This document shows positions 12,152-21,215 of a stretch of DNA of 64,000 nucleotides, piece by piece (the stretch's first letter is position 1; every line of letters starts with the position of its first letter). The notes under the pieces are model-generated. The model was not told the origin of the DNA. It was given only the letters and a program-made list of their open reading frames with translations, and searched no databases. The stretch is from a candidate division FCPU426 bacterium (GTDB lineage Bacteria > Oederibacteriota > PGYV01 > Palsa-1178), in contig CAWIXE010000002.1 in the NCBI GenBank assembly GCA_963840035.1, positions 448,001-512,000 of the forward strand. Direction: 5' to 3'. A program made the translations under genes and the position numbers.

Positions 12152-12204
12152 GCCAGGTTGGATTTAGTTGTAGCTTTCTGGTTATGTATTCAACGGAGCT
12201 GATT

Positions 12205-12283
12205 TCGTAGGGGCGAGCCGGTGGCTCGCCCGGATCTTGACCCCGGGTTAAAGGCCGGGCGAGCCACCGGCTCGCCCCTACGA
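12205..12283. repeat. REP doublet (REPIN-like) with a perfect 29-bp inverted repeat
   Basis: tcgtaggggcgagccggtggctcgcccgg ... ccgggcgagccaccggctcgcccctacga. Confidence 0.9.
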
Positions 12284-12328
12284 GAACGGGAATCAAATAT
12301 ACGATCAAAAATGTAAAAGGGGTGCCTT

Positions 12329-13087
12329 ATGAACTTAGCTTCCTTAATGTCAAACCAGATCTTCTGGGCAATCAGCACCATATTCTGGGTGTGGATGTTA
12401 ATTGACTGCGTCATGAACGAGCCGGACAGGTTCATGTGGCTTTGGATCATCGTTATATTTAACAGCCTTGGCGCGCTTATATACTTCGTGGCAAGGAAAA
12501 TGCCTGTCATACGTTATAACTCCATGCCGGTCATATCCCGCTTCTCAAGAGGGGGAGAGATATCAAAAGCCCAGGCTGACGTTTTTAACATCGGCAACCC
12601 CCACCATTTCATAAAGCTCGGCGAGCTCTATCTTGAAACCGGGAATTATGAAGGCGCAGGAACAGCATTTAAGACAGCTCTTGAAAAGGAACCCGCTGAC
12701 ATACAGGCGCTGTGGGGCGCGGCGCAGGTGGATGTGAAAAAAAAGAATTATACGGAAGCCCTGCCGAAGCTGGAAAAAGTGTTGAAGCAGGACTTTGATT
12801 ATAAATATGGAGAGGCTTCGTTGTTATACGCAAGGGCATTATATGAACTTAAAGATACGGCAAAGGCCAAGAAACACCTTGTAAAACACCTGGACAAATG
12901 GTCGCCCCCCGAAGCAAAGTACATGATGGCGTCATTGCTTGCCGGGGAAGGAAATAATAAGGAAGCCTATGAAATGCTCAACTCCACAGTGCAGGAAATG
13001 AAAGGCGCGCCGTCGTATTACAGGAGCAAGAATATACGCTGGATGTGGGCTATAAGGCTGCTGATGCAGCGTGTGAAAAATGGATAA
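12329..13087 (+). CDS. Membrane protein with PLDc_N-like N-terminus and TPR repeats
   Basis: WVWMLIDC...WLWIIVIFNSLGALIYF hairpin followed by TPR-like helices. Confidence 0.8.
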   Translation: MNLASLMSNQIFWAISTIFWVWMLIDCVMNEPDRFMWLWIIVIFNSLGALIYFVARKMPVIRYNSMPVISRFSRGGEISKAQADVFNIGNPHHFIKLGELYLETGNYEGAGTAFKTALEKEPADIQALWGAAQVDVKKKNYTEALPKLEKVLKQDFDYKYGEASLLYARALYELKDTAKAKKHLVKHLDKWSPPEAKYMMASLLAGEGNNKEAYEMLNSTVQEMKGAPSYYRSKNIRWMWAIRLLMQRVKNG

Positions 13088-14561
13088 AGCTCTTAAAATA
13101 TTTGTTGTTTTATCATTACTTTGTATCGTAATACTTTTTACACGTATTAAATTTGCCGGTGTGCCGCCTGAACGTGACGAAGGAATATACGCGTGCATTG
13201 CGACAGGTATTAACCAGGGGCTGCTGCCCTACAGGGATATTTTTGACCACAAACAACCGGGGGTATATTTATTATATAATTTAGCTTTTAAATTATTTGG
13301 ACCGGGCTTTGTGTCGGTGAGGCTTTTTACGGCTATATATGTATTACTTGCGATGCTTGCAGTATTTTTCGCGGCCAGGGCTGGAGCTGGTGATAATGCG
13401 GGGTTGATATCAGCGTTCATATATACGGTCCTGCAATCAAGTGTTATGCTTCAGGGAATTAATTCAAATACGGAAACCTTTCTTTCATTGCCGTTGGCAA
13501 TGTCTCTTTTTTTTGTCTTATCCGGACATTTGAATCCGGCAATCAAGTTTTTTTTGTCAGGTCTATTCCTGGCCTTTGCCTGTTTGATAAAAGAAACAGT
13601 GCTGCCAATACTTATTTTTATGCCGGTTTGTCTGATGATTTGCGAAAGGCCGGGCGGCACCGGATTATTTGCGTTCAGGAATGCCACTGCGAGTTTGGCG
13701 TTTTTTTTAGGCGGTTTTTTTGTGCCGCTAATAATGTCTGCGGCAATTCTTGGATCGTTTGGAATTCTTAATGAATATTTTGAATGTGCGTTAAGGTATA
13801 ATTTCCTATATGCTGTGTCAGCAAACTCGGGCTATCCAGGCGTAAACCCGCATTTCATAAAAGAATACATTCCAGTTATAGTTTTCGCGTTAATTCCGAT
13901 TTTTGTGCGTTCAAAGAGCGCCCTGCCTTATAAGTCAGCGATGGGTTTAACATATATGACGGGAATTATAGCGGCTATAGCATTACAGCGTGGGATACAG
14001 CCTCATTATTATTCGGCATTGGCGGCGGTCGCAAGTGTGGCGGCCGGAACAGCCCTGGTATGGCCGGATTTTCAGGAAAAATTGAATAAGTATTATGCCG
14101 CGGTTATCGGAGTGCTTTTGACGGTTTTTGCCGCAGTGTTCATTATAAGCAACTCGAAATTTTACGGAATGACGCCATATGAAGTGTCAAATAGCCAGTA
14201 TGGCACAGGAACATTTGCGGAAGCCGCCATAATATCGGATATCATCAATAGGCAAAAAAAACCCGGGGATAATGTTTTTGTCTGGAATGCTGAGCCGGAA
14301 ATATATTATCAGACAAATACACGGCCTCCCGGGAGAATATATTATGTTTTACAGCCGTATTATGATTATGACCCAGTTGGCGTGTTGAGGATGATTGATA
14401 CTGTTTTTTCGCATGGGCCAAAATTTGTAGTTATGCCGATAAAGGAGAATTCCGTTATCAGAGGCCATTTAAAAAACTATGACCTGCTTGTAAAAATGGA
14501 AATTTTATCTTGCTGGAAATTGCGGGACAAATCCAGCAGAAAACCATTGCTAAACCCATAA
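13080..14561 (+). CDS. GT-C fold (ArnT/PMT-like, GT39/83) membrane glycosyltransferase
   Basis: RDEGIY...LPYRDIFDHKQPG motif; multiple TM helices. Confidence 0.82.
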   Translation: MDKALKIFVVLSLLCIVILFTRIKFAGVPPERDEGIYACIATGINQGLLPYRDIFDHKQPGVYLLYNLAFKLFGPGFVSVRLFTAIYVLLAMLAVFFAARAGAGDNAGLISAFIYTVLQSSVMLQGINSNTETFLSLPLAMSLFFVLSGHLNPAIKFFLSGLFLAFACLIKETVLPILIFMPVCLMICERPGGTGLFAFRNATASLAFFLGGFFVPLIMSAAILGSFGILNEYFECALRYNFLYAVSANSGYPGVNPHFIKEYIPVIVFALIPIFVRSKSALPYKSAMGLTYMTGIIAAIALQRGIQPHYYSALAAVASVAAGTALVWPDFQEKLNKYYAAVIGVLLTVFAAVFIISNSKFYGMTPYEVSNSQYGTGTFAEAAIISDIINRQKKPGDNVFVWNAEPEIYYQTNTRPPGRIYYVLQPYYDYDPVGVLRMIDTVFSHGPKFVVMPIKENSVIRGHLKNYDLLVKMEILSCWKLRDKSSRKPLLNP

Positions 14562-14593
14562 ATACTATATTATAATTAAGCCCGTAAAATACC

Positions 14594-14718
14594 CTGTAGA
14601 GAGCCGGCTTGCTGGCTCTCACAGTTGGCATTATGCCCGGTCTGAGAGGGGGCAAGCCCCCTCTCTACAGAAGACAAATATTTTTGTGTCTTTGTAGCGG
14701 GCGGATATCATCCGCCCG
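14594..14718. repeat. REP doublet (GTAG-AGAG variant) plus a single REP
   Basis: ctgtagagagccggcttgctggctctc (14594-14620) ... gagagggggcaagccccctctctacag (14644-14670); ttgtagcgggcggatatcatccgcccg (14692-14718). Confidence 0.8.
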
Positions 14719-14755
14719 AAAGCGGGATTACAGGATAAAAACGAACAGGAGCGAC

Positions 14756-16900
14756 ATGAAAAGACCCTTATACGTAACCTTCTTATGGCACATGCACCAG
14801 CCATATTATAAGAACATAGAGACCAATAAATTCATACTTCCGTGGGTTAGGCTGCATGCTGTTAAGGATTATTATGACATGGCGTCCATCCTGGACAAAT
14901 ACCCTAAGATTAAGCAGAATTTTAACCTGGTGCCTTCATTGTTGTTGCAGATTGAAGAGTACATAAGCGGCACCACCGACATATTCATGGATATGTCCTA
15001 TAAAAAGGTCGGGGATTTAAACGAGGACGAGCGCGTATTCATCATTTATAATTTCTTCATGGCAAACTGGGAAACCATGGTTTTCCCTTATCCGCGGTAT
15101 TCATATCTCCTGAAAAAACGCGGGGAAAACACCAATCCTGATGAAATACGCAAGATACACAAGCTTTTTACAGAAGACGAGATACGAGATATCCAGGTGT
15201 GGTTCAATCTTACCTGGATTGACTCAACCTTCATGCCCATGTACCCGGAATTAAAAAGGATCAAGGACAAGGCTGAGAATTTTACCGAGGAAGAGAAAAA
15301 ATACATTCTTGACCTGCACATAGAGATAATGAAGCTTATCATCCCTAAATACAAGGAAATGCATTTAAAAGGGCAGATAGAAGTTTCCACCACGCCTTTT
15401 TACCACCCCATACTGCCCCTTGTTTACAATACTGACACGGCAAAACAGTGCATGCCCAAGATGCCGCCGCTTGATTTTAACTTCTCCCACCCTGAAGACG
15501 CGCATGCCCAGATAAATAAGGCTGTGAATTACTTCGGCGAGAAATTCGGCGCGGCGCCGGCAGGCATGTGGCCTTCTGAAGGGTCTGTCAGCGAGGACGT
15601 GCTGGGGTTAATAGCAAAGAATGGAATTAAGTGGGTGGCCACTGATGAGGAAATCATAGGCGAGTCGCTGCACCTCTCCGGGGATATAGCGAACGGGGAC
15701 ATGATATACAAGCCTTACGTTTTTAATTCCTCAAACGGGCCTGTAAACATGGTTTTCCGCAACCACTACCTTTCAGACCTCATAGGCTTCTCATACGCGG
15801 GATGGAACTGCAGGGAAGCGGCTGTGCACTTTATTAACGAACTTTACAGGATAAAAAACGGGCTTGATGACAACGCGCACTGCGTAAATGTGATACTCGA
15901 CGGCGAGAACTGCTGGGAATACTACCCCAATGACGGCAAGGATTTCTTAAACGCCCTGTACGAGGCGCTCTCTGATAATCAGGATTTTGAAGTGGTGACG
16001 ATAAACGAAGCAATAAATAAGGACATTGAAAAACCTGTTATAAAAAAACTTTTTCCGGGGTCGTGGATAAACCACGATTTCTACATATGGATAGGCCATG
16101 AAGACGACAGGAAAGCATGGAAGCTTTTAAAGCGCGTAAGGGAAGACCTGGTAAGATGGGAAGAAAACCATAAGACAGAAGTGGATAAGCTTTATAAGGC
16201 GTGGGAATCTATTTACATAGCCGAGGGAAGCGACTGGAACTGGTGGTATGGCGATGACCATTCATCCAAGAATGACGCCGAGTTTGACAACCTCTACAGG
16301 CTGCACCTGATGAATGTATATTCCATCATGGGCGAAAAAATCCCGGATGAGTTATTCATACCGATTGCCAAGATTGACAATGCCTTTGAAATACCGCCCG
16401 TAATGTTCATTAATCCTGAAATTGACGGATATGACAGCCATTACTATGAATGGAAAGGCGCCGGGCTGTACGACCTGACAAAAGAGGGCGGCGCCATGCA
16501 TAAGGCGGTAAAGCTCGTGCAGAAGATGCATTACGGCTTTAACAAGGAGAATTTCTATATAAGGCTTGACGCGGCTGATAAGTTTAAGGACTTAAAAGGG
16601 CTGGTTGTGGAACTGCGCATGGCCGAGGCGGGGAATTCAGGTTCCATCAGGTTCCATGTGGACGGAAGGAAAATGGAAACATCCAACATAGAGCAATACG
16701 GCATTGATTTTGCCATAGGCGATGTATTTGAGGCGAAGATCCCGTTTGCCAGGCTCGGCCATTTAACCGACATGAAAGAGTTTAAAATGATGCTTTTCAT
16801 CAGCAGGGACGGACAGGACGTGGAGAAGATACCTGAAAAAGGGCTCCTCATGATCCAGGTGCCGGATGAGTTCTTTGAGTTATATAACTGGAAGGTTTAA
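14756..16900 (+). CDS. Glycoside hydrolase family 57 (amylopullulanase-like)
   Basis: WHMHQP, WPSEG, ILDGENCWE, AEGSDWNWW; RBS AGGAG before ATG 14756. Confidence 0.92.
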   Translation: MKRPLYVTFLWHMHQPYYKNIETNKFILPWVRLHAVKDYYDMASILDKYPKIKQNFNLVPSLLLQIEEYISGTTDIFMDMSYKKVGDLNEDERVFIIYNFFMANWETMVFPYPRYSYLLKKRGENTNPDEIRKIHKLFTEDEIRDIQVWFNLTWIDSTFMPMYPELKRIKDKAENFTEEEKKYILDLHIEIMKLIIPKYKEMHLKGQIEVSTTPFYHPILPLVYNTDTAKQCMPKMPPLDFNFSHPEDAHAQINKAVNYFGEKFGAAPAGMWPSEGSVSEDVLGLIAKNGIKWVATDEEIIGESLHLSGDIANGDMIYKPYVFNSSNGPVNMVFRNHYLSDLIGFSYAGWNCREAAVHFINELYRIKNGLDDNAHCVNVILDGENCWEYYPNDGKDFLNALYEALSDNQDFEVVTINEAINKDIEKPVIKKLFPGSWINHDFYIWIGHEDDRKAWKLLKRVREDLVRWEENHKTEVDKLYKAWESIYIAEGSDWNWWYGDDHSSKNDAEFDNLYRLHLMNVYSIMGEKIPDELFIPIAKIDNAFEIPPVMFINPEIDGYDSHYYEWKGAGLYDLTKEGGAMHKAVKLVQKMHYGFNKENFYIRLDAADKFKDLKGLVVELRMAEAGNSGSIRFHVDGRKMETSNIEQYGIDFAIGDVFEAKIPFARLGHLTDMKEFKMMLFISRDGQDVEKIPEKGLLMIQVPDEFFELYNWKV

Positions 16901-16907
16901 CTAAAAC

Positions 16908-16988
16908 GTTCGGGGTTCGGGGTTCGGAGTTCGGAGTTGGGATGGAAATGGCCTTTCAACTTCGAACCCCGAACTCCGACCTCCGAAC
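16908..16988. repeat. Heptamer inverted array, family B (GTTCGGR/YCCGAAC)
   Basis: gttcggg gttcggg gttcgga gttcgga gttggga ... ttcgaac cccgaac tccgacc tccgaac. Confidence 0.92.
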
Positions 16989-17008
16989 TTAATTCGGAGG
17001 TTTTATTA

Positions 17009-18283
17009 ATGAAGGTCCTCGTAATCGGTTCCGGCGGGCGCGAGCACGCTATCGCCTGGTGTACGGCCAGGTCGAAGAAAGTTGATAAAATATACTGCGC
17101 GCCGGGAAACGCGGGCACGGCGGCAATAGCCGAGAATGTAAATATCAAGGCTGACGATTTGAACAGGCTTTTGAAGTTCGCGCTTGAAAACAAGATAGAC
17201 CTCACCATTGTCGGCCCGGAAACACCCCTTGTCATGGGCATCGTTGACATGTTTAGCAAGTATGGCCTGAAGGCTTTCGGCCCCAATCAGGCAGGGGCGC
17301 AGATGGAAGGGTCCAAGGTATTTACGAAGAAACTATTCAAGAAATATAATATCCCCACGGCTGAGTTCGGCGAATTTAATAAAAGCGCCGATGCCATAGC
17401 CTATATCAAAGCAAACACAAAATACCCTCTTGTTGTAAAAGCAGACGGCCTGGCAGCGGGCAAGGGCGTGATAATAGCGCAGAGCGAAGCTGACGCGATA
17501 GCCGGCGTAAACGATATAATGGAAAAGAAAATCTTTGGCGGCGCGGGGGACAAGGTTGTAATTGAGGAATTCTTGGACGGGGACGAGGCTTCAATACTCG
17601 CGTTTACCGACGGTGAAACAGTGCTTCCTTTGCCGGCTTCGCAGGACCATAAAAGGATATTTGATGAAGATAAAGGGCCCAATACAGGCGGCATGGGGGC
17701 ATACGCGCCGACTCCGCTAATTACACCGGCATTACTTGAGGAGATAGAAAAGAAAATATTATATCCCACTGTCAATGGGCTTAAAAGCGAAGGCATAACA
17801 TACAAAGGCATACTCTACGCAGGGATAATGGTAACAAAAGACGGGCCAAAGACACTTGAATACAATGTGCGTTTCGGAGACCCTGAAACCCAGGCAGTGC
17901 TTCCTTTATTAAAAACAGACATTACTGACCTTTGCCTGGCATGCATAGACGGCACGCTTAAGGACATAAAAATGGAAACAGAAAAGAAGGCGGCCATCAA
18001 TGTGGTACTGGCCTCAAAAGGATACCCGGGCGACTATGAGAAGGGCAAAGTAATAAACGGCCTGGACAGCTTTAAAGGCAGGGAAGACATGATGGTTTTC
18101 CACGCCGGTACGGCCCTTAAAGACGGCAAAGTGGTTACAGCCGGCGGAAGGGTGCTGAACGTCACGGCGGTAGCTTCTGATATTAAATCGGCTATTGATA
18201 AGGTTTATAAAGATATAGACAAAGTAAGTTTTGAAGGCGTATACTATAGAAAAGACATAGGAAAGAGGGCTCTCAAATACTAG
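17009..18283 (+). CDS. purD: Phosphoribosylamine--glycine ligase
   Basis: MKVLVIGSGGREHA, KADGLAAGKGV, QDHKR, GPNTGGMGAY, RFGDPETQ. Confidence 0.98.
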   Translation: MKVLVIGSGGREHAIAWCTARSKKVDKIYCAPGNAGTAAIAENVNIKADDLNRLLKFALENKIDLTIVGPETPLVMGIVDMFSKYGLKAFGPNQAGAQMEGSKVFTKKLFKKYNIPTAEFGEFNKSADAIAYIKANTKYPLVVKADGLAAGKGVIIAQSEADAIAGVNDIMEKKIFGGAGDKVVIEEFLDGDEASILAFTDGETVLPLPASQDHKRIFDEDKGPNTGGMGAYAPTPLITPALLEEIEKKILYPTVNGLKSEGITYKGILYAGIMVTKDGPKTLEYNVRFGDPETQAVLPLLKTDITDLCLACIDGTLKDIKMETEKKAAINVVLASKGYPGDYEKGKVINGLDSFKGREDMMVFHAGTALKDGKVVTAGGRVLNVTAVASDIKSAIDKVYKDIDKVSFEGVYYRKDIGKRALKY

Positions 18284-18363
18284 TTTGGAGTGCGGAGTTC
18301 GGGGTTCGGAGTTGGGCCTGTAAGGGCTTTTAAACTTCGAACTCCGAACCCCGGACTCCGAAC
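18283..18363. repeat. Heptamer inverted array, family B
   Basis: gtttgga gtgcgga gttcggg gttcgga gttgggc ... ttcgaac tccgaac cccggac tccgaac; first unit overlaps the purD TAG. Confidence 0.92.
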
Positions 18364-18380
18364 TTCATTCGGAGGTTTTT

Positions 18381-18905
18381 ATGAAGGTGGCCATCGTAAT
18401 GGGAAGCGATTCAGACCTCGCTATAATGAAGGAATCTGTCGATACCCTTGCCAAGTTCGGTATTGAATCATATGTGAGCGTTACATCCGCCCACAGGACG
18501 CCGGATAAGGTCGAACAGTTCCTTTCCGAGGTTAAAAAACAGAATTGTGAAGTTATCATAGCCGCGGCGGGAATGGCCGCGCACTTGGGCGGTGTTGTGG
18601 CCGCTCAGACTACGCTGCCTGTAATAGGCGTGCCCATGCAGGGCGGCGGGCTTGACGGTATTGACGCCTTATACTCGATAGTGCAGATGCCCGGAGGCAT
18701 ACCCGTGGCATGCATGGCCATAGGAAAACCGGGCGCTATAAACGCGGGAGTATTTGCCGCGCAGATACTTGCGCTGAAATACCCGGAACTTAAGGCCAAA
18801 CTTGAAAATTATAAGAAAGAACTGGCTTCAGGCGTTGAAAAGAAGGATAAGGAACTGCAGGAAAAGGGAGTAAAAAAATATTTAGAGGATAATAATAAAA
18901 AATGA
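18381..18905 (+). CDS. purE: N5-carboxyaminoimidazole ribonucleotide mutase
   Basis: MGSDSD, SAHRTP, AGMAAHL, SIVQMPGGIPVA. Confidence 0.97.
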   Translation: MKVAIVMGSDSDLAIMKESVDTLAKFGIESYVSVTSAHRTPDKVEQFLSEVKKQNCEVIIAAAGMAAHLGGVVAAQTTLPVIGVPMQGGGLDGIDALYSIVQMPGGIPVACMAIGKPGAINAGVFAAQILALKYPELKAKLENYKKELASGVEKKDKELQEKGVKKYLEDNNKK

Positions 18906-18940
18906 TTTTCAATTTTGAATTTTCAATTTTCAATTGAAAA
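18905..18940. repeat. Heptamer array, family C (TTTTCAA/TTGAAAA)
   Basis: attttca attttga attttca attttca attgaaaa directly after the purE stop. Confidence 0.8.
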
Positions 18941-18960
18941 CAAACAAAGAAAAGGCAGTT

Positions 18961-19522
18961 ATGAAAACATCCCGCATAAAAGATATTACTGCCGCCCTGA
19001 AAAAGGGCGGCGTTGTAATTTTACCCACGGATACTGTATATGGTATATTTTGTTCTGCATTAAGCAAAAAAGGGGTTTCTGCCGTATACAAAATAAAGGG
19101 CAGGGACAATAAGAAGCCTCTTCAGGTGTTCCTTTCTGATGTTTCATCAATACATGAATACGCTGAAATAACCCCGGCTCAGGAAATACAGATAGGCAAG
19201 ATGCTACCGGGGCCGTATACGCTGATTCTAAAACTTAACCCCTCTCATAAAAGGACCTTTTCATTCCTGAAAACTGGGACAATAGGCGTCAGAGTCATTA
19301 AATCAGATGTTTTAAGTAGTATTTTAAAAGAAATGGCTTCCCCTCTGGCGGCAACTTCCGCGAACATATCGGGGCAGCCTTTCTCCGCTTGTTTTTGGCG
19401 ATATAGATAAAAGCCTTATAAAAAAGGCTGTTATCGCCGTGGAAAATGATAAAATGGTCAAAGGCAGGGCTTCGCAGGTGATTGACTTAACTTCTGACGA
19501 GCCGAACGTTTTACGGACATAA
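18961..19522 (+). pseudogene. tsaC: Threonylcarbamoyl-AMP synthase (YrdC/Sua5 family) split by a +1 frameshift near 19380
   Basis: PTDTVYG, KGR, PGPYT, TSANISG in frame 1 (stop 19408-19410); the +1 frame continues SPLVFGDID...GRASQVIDLTSDEPNVLRT to TAA 19520-19522. Confidence 0.8.
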
Positions 19523-19608
19523 AAAAAATCTTGAAATAAATCAAAAAATATTATAATATTAAGCATCGATTTTTCTTGGACGACTAAAAAATTTTTAAGG
19601 AGGAAGAA

Positions 19609-19842
19609 ATGGCCAACAAAGGCGCAAAAGTACCTGAGAATGTTTCCGGAAAATACTATGTGGACGACCAGTGCATAGCATGCGGTGTGTGCGAAGGCAG
19701 CGCACCGGAGAACTTTAAGATGAATGATGACGGATCGCACGCGTTTTGCTTCAAACAGCCGGCAAATGACGGAGAGGAAGCGGCATGCAAAGACGGCATG
19801 GGTTCCTGCCCGACAAATTCAATAGGCGATGACGGAAACTAA
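19609..19842 (+). CDS. Ferredoxin (single-cluster type)
   Basis: CIACGVC ... CP motif; RBS AGGAGG. Confidence 0.93.
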   Translation: MANKGAKVPENVSGKYYVDDQCIACGVCEGSAPENFKMNDDGSHAFCFKQPANDGEEAACKDGMGSCPTNSIGDDGN

Positions 19843-19852
19843 GCCATAGCCA

Positions 19853-19894
19853 AAAACAAAAAGCCCCGCGGTAAAACGCGGGGTTTTTTGTTTT
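19853..19894 (+). terminator. Intrinsic (possibly bidirectional) terminator
   Basis: aaaacaaaaagccccgcg-gtaaaa-cgcggggttttttgtttt. Confidence 0.85.
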
Positions 19895-19941
19895 ATACGG
19901 TGTAAACTGGTTTGATATGTTGATACGGCCGTTATGCATTT

Positions 19942-20003
19942 TTGTAGGGGCGATTTCACGAATCGCCCGCCTTGGTTGGGTGATTCGTGAGATGCCCCTA
20001 CAA
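19942..20003. repeat. REP doublet (GTAGGGGCGATT family)
   Basis: ttgtaggggcgatttcacgaatcgccc ... gggtgattcgtgagatgcccctacaa. Confidence 0.85.
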
Positions 20004-20103
20004 TGTTGCAAACAATATCACCCCGCATGAAATTGTCTTTAATTGTGTGTAAATTAATAACAGTTAATAAATAAAACAATTTTATGTCGGCATTTATAAA
20101 CAA

Positions 20104-20228
20104 CCCCTTCCCCCTCGAAGGGGGAAGGACGGGATGGGGGTGAGGTATCGGCAATGCATATCTCTCCCAAAAGCAGGATTGCCTCTACGGCACCCTCTCC
20201 CTAGCCCTCTCCCATAGAGGGAGAGGGG
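20104..20228. repeat. Inverted pair of C/G-run palindromic repeats (CCCTCTCCC...GGGAGAGGG type)
   Basis: ccccttccccctcgaagggggaaggacgggatgggggtga (20104-20143) and caccctctccctagccctctcccatagagggagagggg (20191-20228). Confidence 0.75.
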
Positions 20229-20285
20229 AGAGTCCGGTCCCGAATTTACACAATATTACAGACAATATCACTCCGCATAACGAAA

Positions 20286-20314
20286 TTGACAGTTCCGATG
20301 AGATGTGTTAATAT
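20286..20314 (+). promoter_or_regulatory. Sigma70-type promoter of the B12 operon
   Basis: TTGACA-17 nt-TAATAT with extended TG. Confidence 0.7.
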
Positions 20315-20343
20315 CATTTAAGAAATAAGAACAACCCTTTACT

Positions 20344-20423
20344 ACAGGGGAAGTCCCCGTGAGATTCGGGGCGCTGTCGCGCAACGGTAATACGGCAAAA
20401 AGCCGCAAGCCCGGTCCACTGTG
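20344..20423 (+). promoter_or_regulatory. Cobalamin riboswitch (compact form)
   Basis: AGGGGAAGTCCCCGTGAGATTCGGGGCGCTGTCGCGCAACGGTAA...AAGCCCGG core; lies upstream of cobO/btu genes and is followed by a terminator. Confidence 0.88.
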
Positions 20424-20473
20424 ATAAAGGATAGTACCTTCGCGTAAAGGGAATTTACATTGACATTAATGTT

Positions 20474-20497
20474 GCCCGACGCGAGTCGGGCTTTTTT
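20474..20497 (+). terminator. Riboswitch expression-platform terminator
   Basis: GCCCGAC-GCGA-GTCGGGC followed by TTTTTT. Confidence 0.88.
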
Positions 20498-20507
20498 ATT
20501 TATACAA

Positions 20508-20590
20508 GTGGTAAGTGAAATGTGGTAGGTGGTAAGTGAGGAGTGGATCTTGCGTGCATCACTTACCGCGTACCACTTATCACGTACCAC
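20508..20590. repeat. Heptamer inverted array, family A
   Basis: gtggtaa gtgaaat gtggtag gtggtaa gtgagga ... cacttac cgcgtac cacttat cacgtac cac. Confidence 0.9.
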
Positions 20591-20606
20591 CAAAGGGAGC
20601 TAAAAA

Positions 20607-21215
20607 GTGTACATCTACCTCGTCCGGCACGGCGAAACAGACTGGAACAAGAAGCTTCTTTTCCAGGGGCACACTGACATTGAATTAAACAACAACGGCA
20701 TCCGCCAGGCTAAATGCATTGCCAAGACCTTTAAGGAAGTAAAGCTCGACGCCATCATATCCAGCGACCTTCTCAGGGCTTTTCAAACGGCGGCTGAGAT
20801 AAGAAAGGTTTCACCTTCGAAATGCCCGATTATTATGGATAAGGGCTTCAGGGAACGCAACTACGGCAACCTTGAAGGCAAGTTATATGACCGTTACCAC
20901 AAGCAGAATAAGGATTTTACAGGGGAAAAGGACAAAGAGTTTTTCGCGAGGATAAATAAGGCTTTTGATAAAGTGGTAAAAAAACATAAAGGCCAGGACC
21001 TTGTAATAGTGGCGCACGGGGGCGTGGTAAGGCAGATTATTTCCTATATTCTCGGTCTGAAAAACTATAAGCGCCTGCGGGTATATAACGCGTCAATATC
21101 GGAGATATTTTATAACCCGGAAAAGAATGGTTTTTTTCTGTTGTCATTTAACAGCGTGGCGCATTTGCCTAAGAGCGAGCGTAACAAGATACAGTACCAT
21201 ATTAAGGGAGTTTAA
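20607..21215 (+). CDS. Histidine phosphatase (CobC/alpha-ribazole-phosphatase-like)
   Basis: RHGET, SSDL, AHGG motifs; GTG start; first gene after the B12 riboswitch. Confidence 0.85.
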   Translation: MYIYLVRHGETDWNKKLLFQGHTDIELNNNGIRQAKCIAKTFKEVKLDAIISSDLLRAFQTAAEIRKVSPSKCPIIMDKGFRERNYGNLEGKLYDRYHKQNKDFTGEKDKEFFARINKAFDKVVKKHKGQDLVIVAHGGVVRQIISYILGLKNYKRLRVYNASISEIFYNPEKNGFFLLSFNSVAHLPKSERNKIQYHIKGV

